Shown: positions 24,233 to 38,128, counted from the first letter of the whole stretch. The stretch is 63,198 bases of DNA, filler included, from Octopus bimaculoides (GCF_001194135.2; 8 parts of 6 records of this genome joined end to end with filler, not necessarily neighbours in it), one strand, 5' to 3'. Numbers and translations are program-made. The notes: generated by a model from the letters alone, not told the origin.

Positions 24233-24674
24233 CAGTTCTCATGTGGTTTTACGTGGATCTTTCCCAATGATGGTCTTTAATCGACCGTCATCGATGACAG
24301 ATGGGCGTCCACTGCGCTCACGATCTTCAAGGCAAAGGTCTCCACTGCAAAATCATTTAAATCATTTTCCAACTGACTACTCTCTAATCATTTCCTCACA
24401 AAATGTTGCGTTGATATCACAAAATGTTGCGTTTCAGCTGATTTACGTTCTTTTTTGAAGTTGAATCGCAAAATTACTTGAATATCACGACAGTTCCATT
24501 TCAGATGTTTGTAACAACGGTGAAAAAATGTCAATGTTAATTTATTGATGCATTTGGGCAAGTCTATGTCTGTATTATCAGACAATTGTAAAATATTTTT
24601 TCAAAATTCATAACTCAGCAAAAATTTGGTACAAATTCTTCATGGTTCAAAACGTTACTTGCTTTTTACTCAAC

Positions 24675-24705
<31 letters not shown>

Positions 24706-24709
<4 letters not shown>

Positions 24710-24965
24710 TTATCATTGTTTAACGTCCGCTTTCCATGCTAGCATGGGTTGGACGATTTGACTGAGGACTGGTGAAACCAGATGGCTACACCAGGCTCCA
24801 ATCTGATTTGGCAGAATTTCTACAGCTGGATGCCCTTCCTAACGCCAACCACTCAGAGAGTGTAGTGGGTGCTTTTACGTGTCACCCGCACGAAGGCCAG
24901 TCAGGCGGTACTGGCAACGGCCACGCTCAAAATGGTGTATTTTATGTGCCACCCGCACAAGAGCC
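24706..24965 (-). mobile_element. Family C RTE-tail element
   Basis: About 90% identical to 1240-1500. Confidence 0.85.
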
Positions 24966-25206
24966 TATGTCCTTACCTGTTTTGTCAAATAAAAGATTTT
25001 TTATTCTTGAGAAATTTGAAAGCCCAGAACTAGCACAGGGAATGTCAATAAATGTCATTGACTGCAGCCAAGCCACAAATGGTAACATCAATGTTTGTAG
25101 GTGAGAAACCGATAGTTACACTACCATTTCTAGCCAAAATTCAACATAGGTTGTAAACATTCAGAGACACAGCAAATTAAATAACATCCTGCTCAGAAAC
25201 ACATTG

Positions 25207-25565
25207 AACAAGAGCACTCAGAGAGTGCAAACCTCCACCAAGGCAATGATTAGCCAGAGATGATTTTTAAAATGAGAATATCTGAAATAAACTAGACTGC
25301 TCTCATAAAAAAGAATACTAAAAATGAAACCCGACCGCTCCCCAAAATTAAGGAAAAAAAATAGGGAAAATAATCCAGAATCCTTGTCCAGCACTGAATC
25401 AATCCCCAAATTTAATCAGTTTGTGCCAGTCACAAGGCCAAATATCCCTGAAAGTTTCATCCGAATCCATCCAGCGGTTCCTGAGATATCTTGTCCACAG
25501 ACAAACAAACAAACAAACATGACTGAAAACAACACCTCTGCCTTCACTAAGGCGGAGGTAATAAA
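25207..25565 (-). mobile_element. Helentron-type non-autonomous element (DINE-1/HINE-like)
   Basis: Minus-strand 5' ttattacctccgcc, internal (GTTT)n, 3' subterminal ggtggagg, terminal hairpin gcactc-tct-gagtgc, ends in ...tcttgtt. Confidence 0.75.
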
Positions 25566-26089
25566 TTTGGTCTAAGACAGACAAAAGAATTTCATCAAAG
25601 CACTGTAGAAGCTGGAATGATATGTTCTGCTCACATATCCTGGAGCAGACGATGTTTAAAGGGATTATGCTTGTATCATGTTCATATAACAGTTTGACAT
25701 GCTATACCAATATAATGCAATAGATACTTTTAAATATAGAAATAAATAGGAAGAAATGGGTGAAAATAGATATAAAAGGAGAATTTACAAAGAGATTCTA
25801 TAAAGAATGACTCTTACCTCCATGGTTAAATTATTTTCAAAATGGATGGTTATAGTTTCTGTATCGCATAATCTTTGTGAACTTTCAATATATTTTATTT
25901 CAAAGACCGTGTAGTAATCATCAAATGTATAGTTAAACTTTGTGGTAGTTTTTGCTGTTAAGTGTATTACCTCTTTGCTTTGATATAAATAATGAGAGTT
26001 GTCTACGGAGTATTCAGTAACTTCGACTGCAAAAAAAAAAAAAAAAAATGTTACAATGTATTTCAACTTGACAAATATTCCTTTGGAAC

Positions 26090-26460
26090 ATAAATAGCAC
26101 CATTTGAGCGTGATCGTTACCAGCGTCGCCTTACTGGCACTTGTACCGGTGGCACGTGAAAAAACATTCAAGCGAGGTCATTGCCAGTGCCGCTGGACTG
26201 GCTCTTGTGCAGGTGGCACATAAAATACACCATTTGAGCATGGCCGTTGCCAGTACCGCCAGACTGGCCCTTGTGCTGGTGGCACATAAAAGCACCCACT
26301 ACACTATCAGAGTGGTTGGCGTTAAGAAGGGCATCCAGCTGTAGAAACTCTGCCAAATCAGATTGGAGCCTGGTGCAGCCTTCTGGTTCGCCAGTTCTCA
26401 ATCAAATCGTCCAACCCATGCTAGCATGGAAGGCAGATGTTAAACGATGATGATGATGAA
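26090..26460 (+). mobile_element. Family C RTE-tail element, longest copy
   Basis: Internal tandem units plus a gttaaacgatgatgatgatga tail. Confidence 0.85.
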
Positions 26461-27248
26461 TGCTCCAATATGACCAATGAATACTGTGCCTATAACCGAC
26501 CAACCAACAAGCCAATTAAAACACACACACACACACACACACACACAGGAGGAGGGGAGCAGGGGAAGAAGAAGAAGAAGAGAAAGAGGAGGATTTTTCA
26601 ACTCACCTTCCAGAAGGTCATTATGCATTGTAATATTGTGACATGTGTAGTTTGGCAGTCCCGTTCCTACAGGACACAAATATTTGCAGGAACCCAGATA
26701 GAAAGTTGTGAAGCATGAGACATATACATTTTGCGGAACTATTGAAGAACAAATTTCTGAAATATACGATAAATACATTTACAGTATGTTATGTTTTCTT
26801 ATTGAACCCGCTTCTCTTTTAACTAAATTTTCGTCACTTATTTTTGGGGGTTTTTTTTGCATCGTGATAATCTATGATGCAAGTATCAGAGAACTTCCCA
26901 AAATATGTGCCATTGTTTGTGGTTACATGTCACAGTCACTCATGGTATCGTTGAGAGAGCTGTATTCCTATTTGTTGTGTTAGCCCGTTTTGGTTCTCCA
27001 TCAATTAAGACATTTCTTCTTTGCCCAGCTTGCAACCATGCCAGGTTGTAGCAGTTCGTTTGCTAGTGTTTCCATTGCTGTTAAAGCTTGCAGGATATCA
27101 TTTCTTTCCTCCTACAAATGGAGCATAGTCGATCACAGCAGCCCAGTGCTCGATGGTACTTAGTTTATTGACCCAAAATGATGAAAGGCACTTTCGCGAC
27201 CTTTGAACTCAGAATGTAAAACCAGAAGAAATGCTAAAATGTCTTTAA

Positions 27249-27469
27249 CCCTTTCGTTACTAACCCGGCTGAAACCGGCTCTGGCTCTGTAGTACAAATG
27301 TCTAGTTTTCATAAATTTTGAATTAAAATCTTCCACCAAACTTTAGTCAAAATTTAGGTTCCTAACATTAGCTAAATGATAACTAAGTTATTTTACTAAA
27401 TTCTTTGTTATATTTAAAATAATTAAAAGAAACACAGAGCATCTCAAAATAAATACAGTAACGAAAGGG
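27249..27469. mobile_element. piggyBac-type MITE (221 bp) inserted into a family D SINE
   Basis: TTAA|ccctttcgttact ... agtaacgaaaggg|TTAA: perfect 13-bp TIR and TTAA target duplication. Confidence 0.9.
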
Positions 27470-28025
27470 TTAAACATGTTGTTTAATCATGTTGTTTAAT
27501 CATGTTGTTTAATCATGTTGTTTGGCATGGTAATGATTCTGCCAGCATGTTGCCATAATAATAACAATGACATCAACAACAACAACATTGAAATTTATAA
27601 AACTGATTGAAATATTTCTGGGGGTTTATTTTTTTTTCCTAAAAACAATATAAATTAATATGAAATAATATTTAACAACTTACTGACCTAAATGTCTTGA
27701 TGCAGTTGATTTCAGTGCCTCTAATTGAGCATCATTAATACCTGAAAATAAATATATTTATTCTTTTTAATCATTTCATTACCATATTTCTGCTAAAATA
27801 CACTGCCTCTGTTTCAATTAATTTTTTTAAAAATAATGAAGAACTTCATAAAATAACATTGTAATTTATCAAGTTAGTCTTTGAAACAAATTCACATGGA
27901 ATTTTGGTGGAGGTCTTAATTGGAAAGCCATTCACATTTTATTTTAGTTGCAATATTTTAAGCTCTTTTCTTTTATTTTAGGCTTACTTCTTGTCCTGTA
28001 TTTTCCCAGGTTTATTAAATACTTA

Positions 28026-28409
28026 GTGGAGGCACAATGGCCCAGTGGTTAGGGTAGCAGACTCGTGGTCATAGGATCGCGGTTTCGATTCCCAGACCGG
28101 GCGTTGTGAGTGTTTATTGAGCGAAAACACCTAAAAGCTCCACAAGGCTCCGGTAGGGGATGGTGGCGAACCCTGCTGTACTCTTCCACCACAACTTTCT
28201 CTCACTCTTACTTCCTGTTTCTGTTGTGCCTGTAATTTAAAGGGTCAGCCTTGTCACACTGTGTCACGCTGAATATCCCCAAGAACTACGTTAAGGGTAC
28301 ACGTGTCTGTGAAGTGCTCAGCCACTTGCACGTTAATTTCACGAGCAGGCTCTTCCGTTGATCGGATCATCTGGAACCCTCGACGTCATAAGCGACGGAG
28401 TGCCAACAA
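28026..28409 (+). mobile_element. SINE family A, full length
   Basis: A-box tggcccagtgg and B-box ggtttcgattccc; reverse complement of 13088-13463. Confidence 0.9.
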
Positions 28410-28924
28410 AATTAAATACTTAAGCATATTGTTATCCCTGGCTGGCATTTTTCATTCTAGTCCACTTTTTTCAGGCGATGCAGAAAAATGAATTTTTATT
28501 CTTATAATAAATTTAGCTTACTTCTTCATATTATTTCATTTCTTATGAATTAATAATTGATGCCTTTTCATTTTTGTTAGAAATTCTAAATTAAATAGCA
28601 TTTTCTTTACATTAAGTATTATAAAATCTGCCTATTTAGAATTAACGTTTTAATTAATATTTATCAGAAATAAGATTTTTTAAAAAGGGAGCAATAATAA
28701 AAAAAAATAAATAGCACTAACTATGAGCAATGAGGAATCAAATGAATTAGCAGAGATTATCAACTAAAAAACAAAACATTTCTAGACTGAATTTTCTGTT
28801 TGCCTTGTATTGACAAGTTGTCATTTAAGTATCTTTATAATTGCAACACATATATTTACAACTGGCAATTATTGAAAGCTGCATAACTTATTTTTTCTTT
28901 AATATATTTTTATGGGGTTAGCAA

Positions 28925-29354
28925 GAAAAGATACATCTTTGGTTGAGGAAGTACTGGAGGGCTAGGAGGCCATCATTGGGGAGGATGATGGTGTATAAGA
29001 TTTTTATGTTCATGGTGAAGAGGGGGGGAGGAATCAGGAGGGAAGGAAAAAGAATGGAATAGTCGGAGGGTGTGACTGGCGTCAGGTATGTTAAACAGGA
29101 GGGAAGCGATTAAAAGGGAAAGGATGAGGTCAAGGTATTTTGAAATGTGTTCCATGGGACAGTTACAGGTGGAAACGGTGGGGTTGCCGGGATTGTTAGG
29201 TTTATGGATTTTGGTTGAGGGAATAGATGGTGGAGGTACAAAAAGTTCAGATGATGACGTTGATGGCAATAGGGAGGAAAGAAGAAGACAAGACAAGGTC
29301 ACACATGGTAGAGAACATGTGCTGCTGGTAGGAGGGGACAGGACCAGAGGCGAA

Positions 29355-29355
<1 letters not shown>
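28925..29355 (-). mobile_element. Penelope-like RT fragment
   Basis: TKIHKPNNPGNPTVSTCNCPMEHISKYLDLIL...LFTMNIK(S)LYTII..NDGLLALQYFL, with frameshifts. Confidence 0.85.
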
Positions 29356-29396
<41 letters not shown>

Positions 29397-29654
29397 NNNN
29401 NNNNNNNNNNNNNNNNNNNNNNNNNNNNNNNNNNNNNNNNTTAATTAATTAANNNNNNNNNNNNNNNNNNNNNNNNNNNNNNNNNNNNNNNNNNNNATAT
29501 AAATACATGTATAAATATATACATAAATATATATGCATATACATACACACACGTATGCATACATACATACATGCATACATACATACATACATACATACAT
29601 ACATACATACATACATACATACGCACGTACGTACTACCATGCATACATGCGTAC

Positions 29655-31395
29655 AAGTGCTTCGAAGCATTGAGCTTCAAAATGTAGATTATAAATTCAC
29701 ATTTATAACCATAATAATTAGTGTACTAGGTTTTGTGAGTAAATGCATTAGTGACAATCGGGATAAGCTAAGGTTTTGAGGAAAAGAAATTATTCAAGTA
29801 ACGTTACAGATACAATCTGTAAGTGGAACAATAAAAATATTCAAGACTTTCTCAAAATGAACGTGACATTGTTATCTACGTTCCAAAGTTGGCGTTTTGT
29901 ACATGTTAGAAACTAGCTCCTTCCTTACAAGAGGACTTCATATAATTTAAAATAGAAAAGGTCATCCATCCATTCGTCTATCGATCCATGCATGCATGCA
30001 TCCATATGTACATACATGCATACATGCATACGTGCATACGTTCACACATACATACGTACATACCTGCATACATACATACATACATACAGCCTTCGAATGT
30101 CGCATATACTCTCTCAGACAGCACTTGCTAAACAACAGCAGGAAAAGTAAATACATTAACTTAGTGCTGGAAAGTGAAGAAAACAATATCTTATGTGCTG
30201 GAAGTGAGCTCCCCAGGAGTTAATCTCTTCCTGGGGATCTCCCATACAACCCCCCAAAACAGCTAGACTAACATATCTCGAAGAAATCCTGGATGTGAAA
30301 CATTCCGCATACAAAAAAAAAACAACAAAAAAAACACGTGAGTATGTTTCCCGATTCCTTAAACATGACACTAGTATCCTTTTCTACTCTAGGCACAAGG
30401 CCCGAAATTTTGGAGGAGGGGGCCAATCTATTAGATCGACCCCAGTACGCAACTGGTACTTAATTTTTCGACCCCGAAAAGATGAAAGGCAAAGTCGACC
30501 TCGGCGGAATTTGAAGTCAGAACGTAAAGACAGATGAAATACTACATTTCGCCCGGCGTGCTAACGTTTCTGCTAGCTGGCCGCATTAAAGATGACACTT
30601 GTATTGACAGGAAGCGAAGCCTCTCTTGGGATCGTGACCACTACTTCATATCACACTTCGAAAGCTTTGCATTTGTAATCCAAGAACAAGAGATTGCTAC
30701 AAAAATACCTTATCAACAAAAGAGACAGTGAATCCCTTGGATGTTCAAGATGCAACGGAAAATGTAGATGGGGTCAAATCTTTTTGGAAGACATCACACG
30801 TGATTAGCAGCTGTCCCAAAATGTCATCAATGTTCTACTTCCCTATGTGATAAAACGATGGCGTATAAACAATACGCAATACTATTCAGAAAAAGGACTA
30901 TCCTGATATAAATATAGAGAATTCCTTGTAATTGAATATATTCATAAACGTCAGCACAAAGAATACTGGTGGAACAATCCCATCAAAATATCTGTCAAGT
31001 GTAAGCATAACAGGCTAAATACTGTTGTTTGAGAAAGATAAGAAAAAGTAAATATAGTCATTGAGGTCAACAATCCTGCTGACGGGAATATTTCTTTGAA
31101 AATCAAAGAGAAAGAAGATAACTATGGACAACTGCCTCGAAACCTTCAGCTTCTTGATCTAGATTATAAATTTACATTTATACCAATAATAATTGGTGTA
31201 CTTGGTTTTGCGTGTAATTGCCTAATTGAGAATCTGGATATGCTAGGGTTTCCAGATAAGGAAATCAAACAACTAACTCGCACATTACAAATACAATCTG
31301 TAAGTGGAATATTGAAAATATGCAAGACTTTTCTCAAGTTTAAAATGCGACAATGTTTTTATTAGCTACAATCCAATGATAAAGCTCTGTGTCGA
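29655..31395 (+). mobile_element. Decayed RLE-type non-LTR retrotransposon fragments (29655-29870 and 30075-31395), interrupted by SINE D at 30385-30585
   Basis: FECRIYSLRQHLL; FESFAFVIQEQEIATK; CCHC remnant KCRW...HVISSCPK; IEVNNPADGNISLKIKEKEDNY...IPIIIGVLG. Confidence 0.75.
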
Positions 31396-31433
31396 ATCTA
31401 AATAATTAAAAACGAAGAGAACACATACACGTA

Positions 31434-31856
31434 CAGGAGTTGAACAAAATGATTGGAACACGTGTTAAATTCAATGAATATTTATCTAATATGAAGTTGG
31501 TCATTCTTTAGCTTTCTGAACAGCTTCGATGCGTCTAGGAATTGATTCATACAACTTCCTGACTTCATTGAGAGGAATCTTGAGCCATTCTTCCTGCAAA
31601 ACCTGCTCCAGCTTTTGCAGACACGACAGTGGAAGATAACGACTTCTAGCTTCTCGCTCCAAGATGTACCACAGATGCTCAATAATATTAAGATCTAGAG
31701 ATTGAGGGGGGGGGGGCATTCCCTGTGTTGTAGCTCACTATTATGCTCTTCATACCAATTCTTAACCACCTGAGAGGTGCATTGTCATCTTAGAAGTTGC
31801 ACTCACCAACCGTGGGAAGGACTTAATTTCCCAAAATATTCAGATAATCATTGCTG
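31434..31856 (-). mobile_element. Tc1 transposon 3' part with TIR
   Basis: DDNAP...PPQSLDLNIIEHLW...LQEEWLKIPLNEVRKLYESIPRRIEAV; TA|caggagttgaacaaaatgattggaacac. Confidence 0.88.
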
Positions 31857-32617
31857 NNNNNNNNNNNNNNNNNNNNNNNNNNNNNNNNNNNNNNNNNNNN
31901 TTAATTAATTAANNNNNNNNNNNNNNNNNNNNNNNNNNNNNNNNNNNNNNNNNNNNTATATATATATATATATATATGAAGAGAGAGAAAGAAAGTGAAA
32001 GAGAGAGAGATTAAGAATTCACGAAGAAAACTTTAGGAAGTAAATATTACAGAAAAATCATAAACAGTCCTTTTTGATTGACATCATAAAACGTATGGCG
32101 TGGTGTTTTTTTAGAGCCAGTTTATTAGATTTAGGGCATAATATTTCGTGAATCAGAAACTAATGCTCTGAACTCAAGTGTCAATTAATTCTAAGCTACC
32201 GTTGAGTCATGTATTTTCTTTTTCCTCTTTAATCTAAAGGCTATTATTTTCATATAAACCGTCACTAAAAGAAAACTGGAAAATAGAATATTAAAATAAC
32301 ACGGGGTAAGATATAGGAGGTAAAACAAAACGATGGAAAGAATGCGTATGTACATGAGTGTACGCATGTAGGCGTATTTCTGTGTGTGTAAAGGATGAGT
32401 GTATATTCTAAAATGTGTCCTTGTTTATTTATATTCATGGTGAACAGGTGGGGGAAGATTTGGTTTATACCTTCAGTTCCAGTGGCTTGCAAGTTGCACT
32501 AAAAATATTTCCATTCCTTTCCACCTACATAGTTATTTCTATGGTTGGCATTAGGACAGATGTCACCACCCAAAGAGAAATAAGTCGGTATATTATATAA
32601 TATATATAAAAAAAAAA

Positions 32618-32890
32618 GGAGCGCTCCGTCGGTTACGACGACGAGGGTCCCTGCTGATACGACCAACGGAACAGCTTGCTCGCGAAATTAACGTGCAAGT
32701 GGCTAAGCACTCCACAGACACTTGTACTCTTAACGTAGTTCTCAGGGAGATGCAGCGTGACAAGGCTGGCCCTTTGAATTACAGGTACTACTCATTTTTG
32801 TCTGCTGAATGGACTAGAGCAAAGTGAAATAAAGTGTCTTGCTGAAGGGGACAACGCGTCGCCAGGAACTGAACTCACCAGGTCGCAGAA
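32618..32890 (-). mobile_element. Family-A-tailed SINE with a different head
   Basis: Shares the tail acgacgagggt...aattaacgtgcaagtggct; head resembles 4760-4890. Confidence 0.7.
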
Positions 32891-33002
32891 TTGCGACGAA
32901 ACTTTATAACACATCACAGTACCATTAAGAGGTAAAAGAAAAGTGAATGTAACCATTTTATACCGACTTAAATGGATAAAACGGTTCTTCCAGGATGCAG
33001 CT

Positions 33003-33151
33003 GAGAGAGAGTAAGAGAGAGAAAGAGAGAGAGACAGAGACAGAGAGAGAGAGACAGAGAGAGAGAGAGACAAAGACAGGGAGAAATAAAGTGTGTGTGT
33101 GAGAGAGAGAGACAGAGAGACAGAGAGAGAAAGAGAGAGACAGAGAGAGAC

Positions 33152-33192
<41 letters not shown>

Positions 33193-33210
33193 GACACAGA
33201 GAGAGACACA

Positions 33211-33244
<34 letters not shown>

Positions 33245-33280
33245 GAAAGAGACACAGAGAGAGAGAGAGAGAGAGAGAAA
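33003..33280. repeat. Compound (GA)n/(GACA)n microsatellite
   Basis: Read directly from the sequence. Confidence 0.95.
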
Positions 33281-34305
33281 GTTGAAGTAAAAAAAGATAT
33301 TAAGAGCTACTCAGTGAAAGTAAGAGTAACTTGATATCTCGACCATCCTTCAGCTAGCAAATTTCAATATGCTGCTTCGAGCTAACACCAGAACCGAATG
33401 GTCGACTTTCCGCAAGAAAATATATTTGTCGTTTCCAAAACCACTCAGTACAAAGCTCAACAGGAAAACAAAGACACTAGTAAATGTTACTGTTTGGTGA
33501 GATGTAGGATATTCAATCAATTCAACGTCAAGCTTTTAATATATCATATCAGTTGCAGGGAAAGGAATAATGATTTTGCCGCTGATGCCCATGTTTAACG
33601 CTTTTTGTAAAAAATGCAAAAATATATGGTAAAAATGTAGATAAATCCAAAAGGCTGCAAAGTCGGGGTGGAAGTTTAGAACTGAGCGAAAAGTTTGATG
33701 CGGTTTTTTAGATAATAAAAAGAATAAGAGACAAGTGAATTGGTAGAGCTTAAGCTGAGGCGGTACGCAGCTTTGTTGTTCAAAGGAGTAGAAGCCATTA
33801 TATTTATTACAGCAGATAGTGTGCCGCATGCATATGGGTGGGCGGTTTGGCTGGTGGTTATTTGTATGTTGATAGAAGGATATTTACCAATTAGTCCGAT
33901 TAACTCCCAGTGTTGTTGTGATGAATGATCTAGGTTCTAACCTTTTATAAAAAATCTATGCAGATACTTGGTATTTTAAGCCTTTGAATTGTGGTACATC
34001 AAAATAATTTTATTGAAAATGTTCCAGAATAAAAACCAAGTGTATAACGTAACTCTAACATTTAAAACAGAATGCATATATGAAGATATCTGATATTCTG
34101 GTTGTTTATAATGAAACAGTGCTTGCACTCTAGCGGCTTAGTAGGCTCCCACAAAACTGCGTTTGCAATTAAGTTTCGATTCCCTGTGGAATGATTTCGT
34201 TTACCTGCCTCTCTGTACGTATCTCTCAGGTTAATACTTCTTACACTGAATAGCTAGTCTTTACAACGAGATGATGTCTTCATTTCATTATTGCAATACT
34301 GTTAA

Positions 34306-34512
34306 AGGCGGCTAGCTGGCAGAATTATTAGCATGCCGAACAAAATGCTTTACGGCCTTACATCTAGTTTTACGTTCTAAATTCAAATTCCGCCAGCATG
34401 TGGGTTCCACTTTTCCGGGACCGACAAAATAAGTACCCGTTGAGCAATGGGGGTGGATGTAATCGACTTAACCCTCCAATAAAATTGCTACCCTTATGCC
34501 AAAATTTGAAAG
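34306..34512 (+). mobile_element. SINE family D (diverged); further diverged copies at 39470-39686(-), 45915-46078(+), 47278-47480(-), 47517-47682(+)
   Basis: Recognisable head and core. Confidence 0.75.
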
Positions 34513-35778
34513 CCTTTATTTTATTACATGTATTTTATGAATAAATGAATCAACGTTTTGTTTATAATCAACATTATTATTCATAGGAATACAATATTAA
34601 CCACGTGAAATTCTAAATACATTCTAAATAAACCATTAAAGTTTTCAACAATGATGTAGATCCGCTGTTGCATGAAATGTTTAGGCAAACCAATGGGGAT
34701 GCCTCTCCGCAGGCGCTCGAATAACTTGAAATAAAAACCAAATTTCCCTCAAATCACATTTTACCATCTTTAAAAGGGGGCGATACACCGGATAATTGCG
34801 GTCCCGGATACACAGCGTTCTGGGCTGACATGGTGCTGAAGAATAACAATATTGTAAAAACATCTCAAGAGCAGAAGCGAGTCATGTTAATAAAATTTAA
34901 ATCATCGTGGTGGTTATTTCCTTTATCCCTTGTAGAAGAAGCGTGAATATCTTAACTTCTATTTTCCTAGTTCCTGAAATCATTAAGACTGATTGCTGAT
35001 TACATATCGATTTTTCTCACTGTCTGAATTAAGTGGGGTCGACAACCCATTTGATGGGCATCTATTTCCTTTCAAACTGGATTTAATAAGGCTAATTACT
35101 TATTCAATGATATTCATAGACGGCTATCATTTGATCTATGTAATCGTATTAGTGCGTGGGATAATGAAATATCTACCATTTATTTATTTATTTGTTGCCG
35201 TTATTATGGTGAATAACATGAAAGAACTGAGGTCAGACACTTTGCCTTTCGGCCAATCCGTCGCCATCTCTTTCAAGTACTATATCGAAGATAAGTATAG
35301 AGAGGGAGGTGCTACTTTTGAGTGAATTCGCTGAGAAGTGGGTGAGAGTGCAAAATATGGCCTGAGTGCGCGGGCTAACTCTCAGCATGCACATTCAGGC
35401 TGAAGAACACAGCTGGGCGATGGCACTTGTATTCATAGGTAAGCGTCCGTGGGATCTCTGATTGGTTCCAAGTGGATGGCCACTAAGTGAATGCCAGCGT
35501 ACACACACAGACACGCATACATACATATGAAGCCTGTCCTGAAGAAACAAAACTTCGAGCTTTATTTGAGGTTTCATTAGACTTGTCTCCTTCAAAGTAG
35601 TTCCCTCCACTGTTTATACACTCCTCCAAACGGTTTTTTCAATTTTTGTACAGAGAAAACTTTTCATAAATGCACAATTCACGAGATGATTTTTTTTCCT
35701 TCTCTTTTATCGTCTGTAATTGCTGCAACTTTTCAGAGGGGGCTTCAACTCAGGGACCAGAACAAGTAAATTTATAGG

Positions 35779-35817
35779 GATGCATATTTCAAGAGTTATT
35801 GCTCTTTCGTCAGCATC
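35779..35817 (-). ncRNA. Minimal type-I hammerhead-like motif (cleavage position G, probably inactive)
   Basis: GATG CTGACGA AAGAG caataa CTCTT GAAA TATG CATC: 4-bp stem I and 5-bp stem II. Confidence 0.4.
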
Positions 35818-36543
35818 AGGAAAAGTTAACAGTGATTTCGAAGTTTCGACACAGATTCGTCAGACAATCTAGCAAATGCAACTGAACTGAAACTTCGAAG
35901 CCATTGTCAAGCTTTTCCTTGTTGAAATAAATGCGATAGTCTATAACTGTACAACAAAATCAATTTTGTGTGTACTTGTCGTATATGTGTATGCTTAAAC
36001 GTATCTGTGTGGCGGGGGTCACTTAGTTTGATATCAAATTACTTCTTTTAACTGATGAAGAGATGTTTTCATTCTAAAAGAGAAAAAACCCACCCAGAAA
36101 GTACTAAGTTTGAAATATAAGCTAAGATGTAGGAAGCATTAAAGCGAAGCCTTTTTTAAAAAAATAATACCGTGTTATTTAATGCCTGCATCTAATTATT
36201 TGAAATGCTGAACGAAATATCGCTGGTTCGTATTCCATCACTAACTTACCGTTTTTCCATATCTAAAGCCCTAGATTCTCAAATTGACGCGTCGATTCAT
36301 CAGCAAATAATTACCATGAGATGTATAGACTTTATTGAAAGGGCTCGAGGTCGAGTCGGGTGAGACTGACTTCGTTGCAATGTTGGGCCGAAGTTCTCTT
36401 GTGAATGTCATCTCAATTGGGACAGACTCTGCTAGGTTTGTCTTGACCTAGATTAAATCACACAAAGATAATATTTTTAGAGCATTATATCTACGACGAA
36501 ATAAGTTCATAATACACACATACATACATACATACATACATAA

Positions 36544-36579
<36 letters not shown>

Positions 36580-37946
36580 TATACTTGCCAACCTACCCCA
36601 TTGTGTGGAAATTGTTCCAAAATATTTTATACACCATCCAATAACCATAGAATATAAAAACAAAGTCTGACATTTGGACTGTATGTTCCGAAGTCATGTT
36701 CGCAATTTGCTATTGTTTTTGTTACTTAAACTGACCTATGAGAAACGTCATTTATTTTTCTTATTTTTCTTATTTTCTTTTTATTTTTATATTTATTTAT
36801 ATTTTCTATTTATTTTGAAAGTTTGCTTAGAGGTCATGTTAGTCTAATTTTATGTCTGCTTGCTCGAATGTTCTATGTTGCAGTGATAATTATGCTCCCG
36901 TGGTATTTCTTTGTTACATGAAAATGGTATGACTGTTTGAAACGAAAGACCAGTAACTTCCAAGCTTTTATGTTGTGGGTTCCAATCTAACTTGATTCCA
37001 GTTGCAATTATATCATGTTACGAATATAAAATTGTTCAGGTTATTTGAGAAAAAGTTATGTTAGTATATTAACCCATTGCTTGTACAAATCCTTTTCATA
37101 AGTTTATTCTGTCTATCCATCTGTCCGGGACCCTTGTATCTCAGTCTACATTTACTCCACATAGATATATTATACTTTTTTGAAATCAGACTAATCCCGG
37201 GATTAAAGATCTGCCCTTTATTTGGTTCTTGAACATCCAGCATTGGGATCAGGTCTGGATAGGGATTTGTTACATGCTAACAGTTGAAAATTCAAATGTT
37301 AAAGAACTCCAAAAATTTGTGAATTTACAAGTTTTTCATTTAAACTGAATTTAAAGTAATACCATATTGGTAAGGTACCAATAAACGCTTTATTATTGTA
37401 GCTCTCTTTAGTTTTAGGCCGCAAACCCAGTTAGCCCTCTGCTGCAGCTAGCTTAAAAGTCCGTACGAAGTGCGGCTTTAAATTGGTTCTTTCATAAGAC
37501 TAAAACATTTGATTGTGTCCAGCGAAAGTACAGCTCACATTATAAAATATCGATCAGTCTCATTTTCACAAACTGCCTTTGATGTTATTAAAAGAGACTC
37601 ATAGATTTACCCTTCCTCCTCCTACTTTATCTACTTCACTCATGTTTATATAATTACGTCATAATTAATATAAATGACACAGTATGCGCATTATTTTTTA
37701 CATCTTTGTTTTTCTTTCTACTCCGCTTTATTTATTTATTTACTTATTTATTTATGTTACTCAGCAATAACATTTATCAATAATATTCCTTTCAATAATT
37801 CATCAATGTTATTTTACTTTTTCTGTGTCCGCAGGTCTAATTATGATAGCACCTTCGTATCTGTGCCTAATGACTGCAAATATAAAATGTTGTTGTTACG
37901 GTTTTTATTGATCTTTTTATTGTTTTTGTGGTGTAGCTACACTTAG

Positions 37947-37987
<41 letters not shown>

Positions 37988-38087
37988 NNNNNNNNNNNNN
38001 NNNNNNNNNNNNNNNNNNNNNNNNNNNNNNNTTAATTAATTAANNNNNNNNNNNNNNNNNNNNNNNNNNNNNNNNNNNNNNNNNNNN

Positions 38088-38128
<41 letters not shown>

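Noticed and set aside
28026-28100. tRNA gene calls for SINE heads (also 1720-1781, 4760, 7599, 8330-8396, 13390-13463)
   Set aside because: A/B boxes are present but there is no complete cloverleaf, and each head continues into a repeat body.
35420-37911. Spliced 31-aa peptide MALVFIGLIMIAPSYLCLMTANIKCCCYGFY
   Set aside because: Depends on an arbitrary exon join; no homology recognised.
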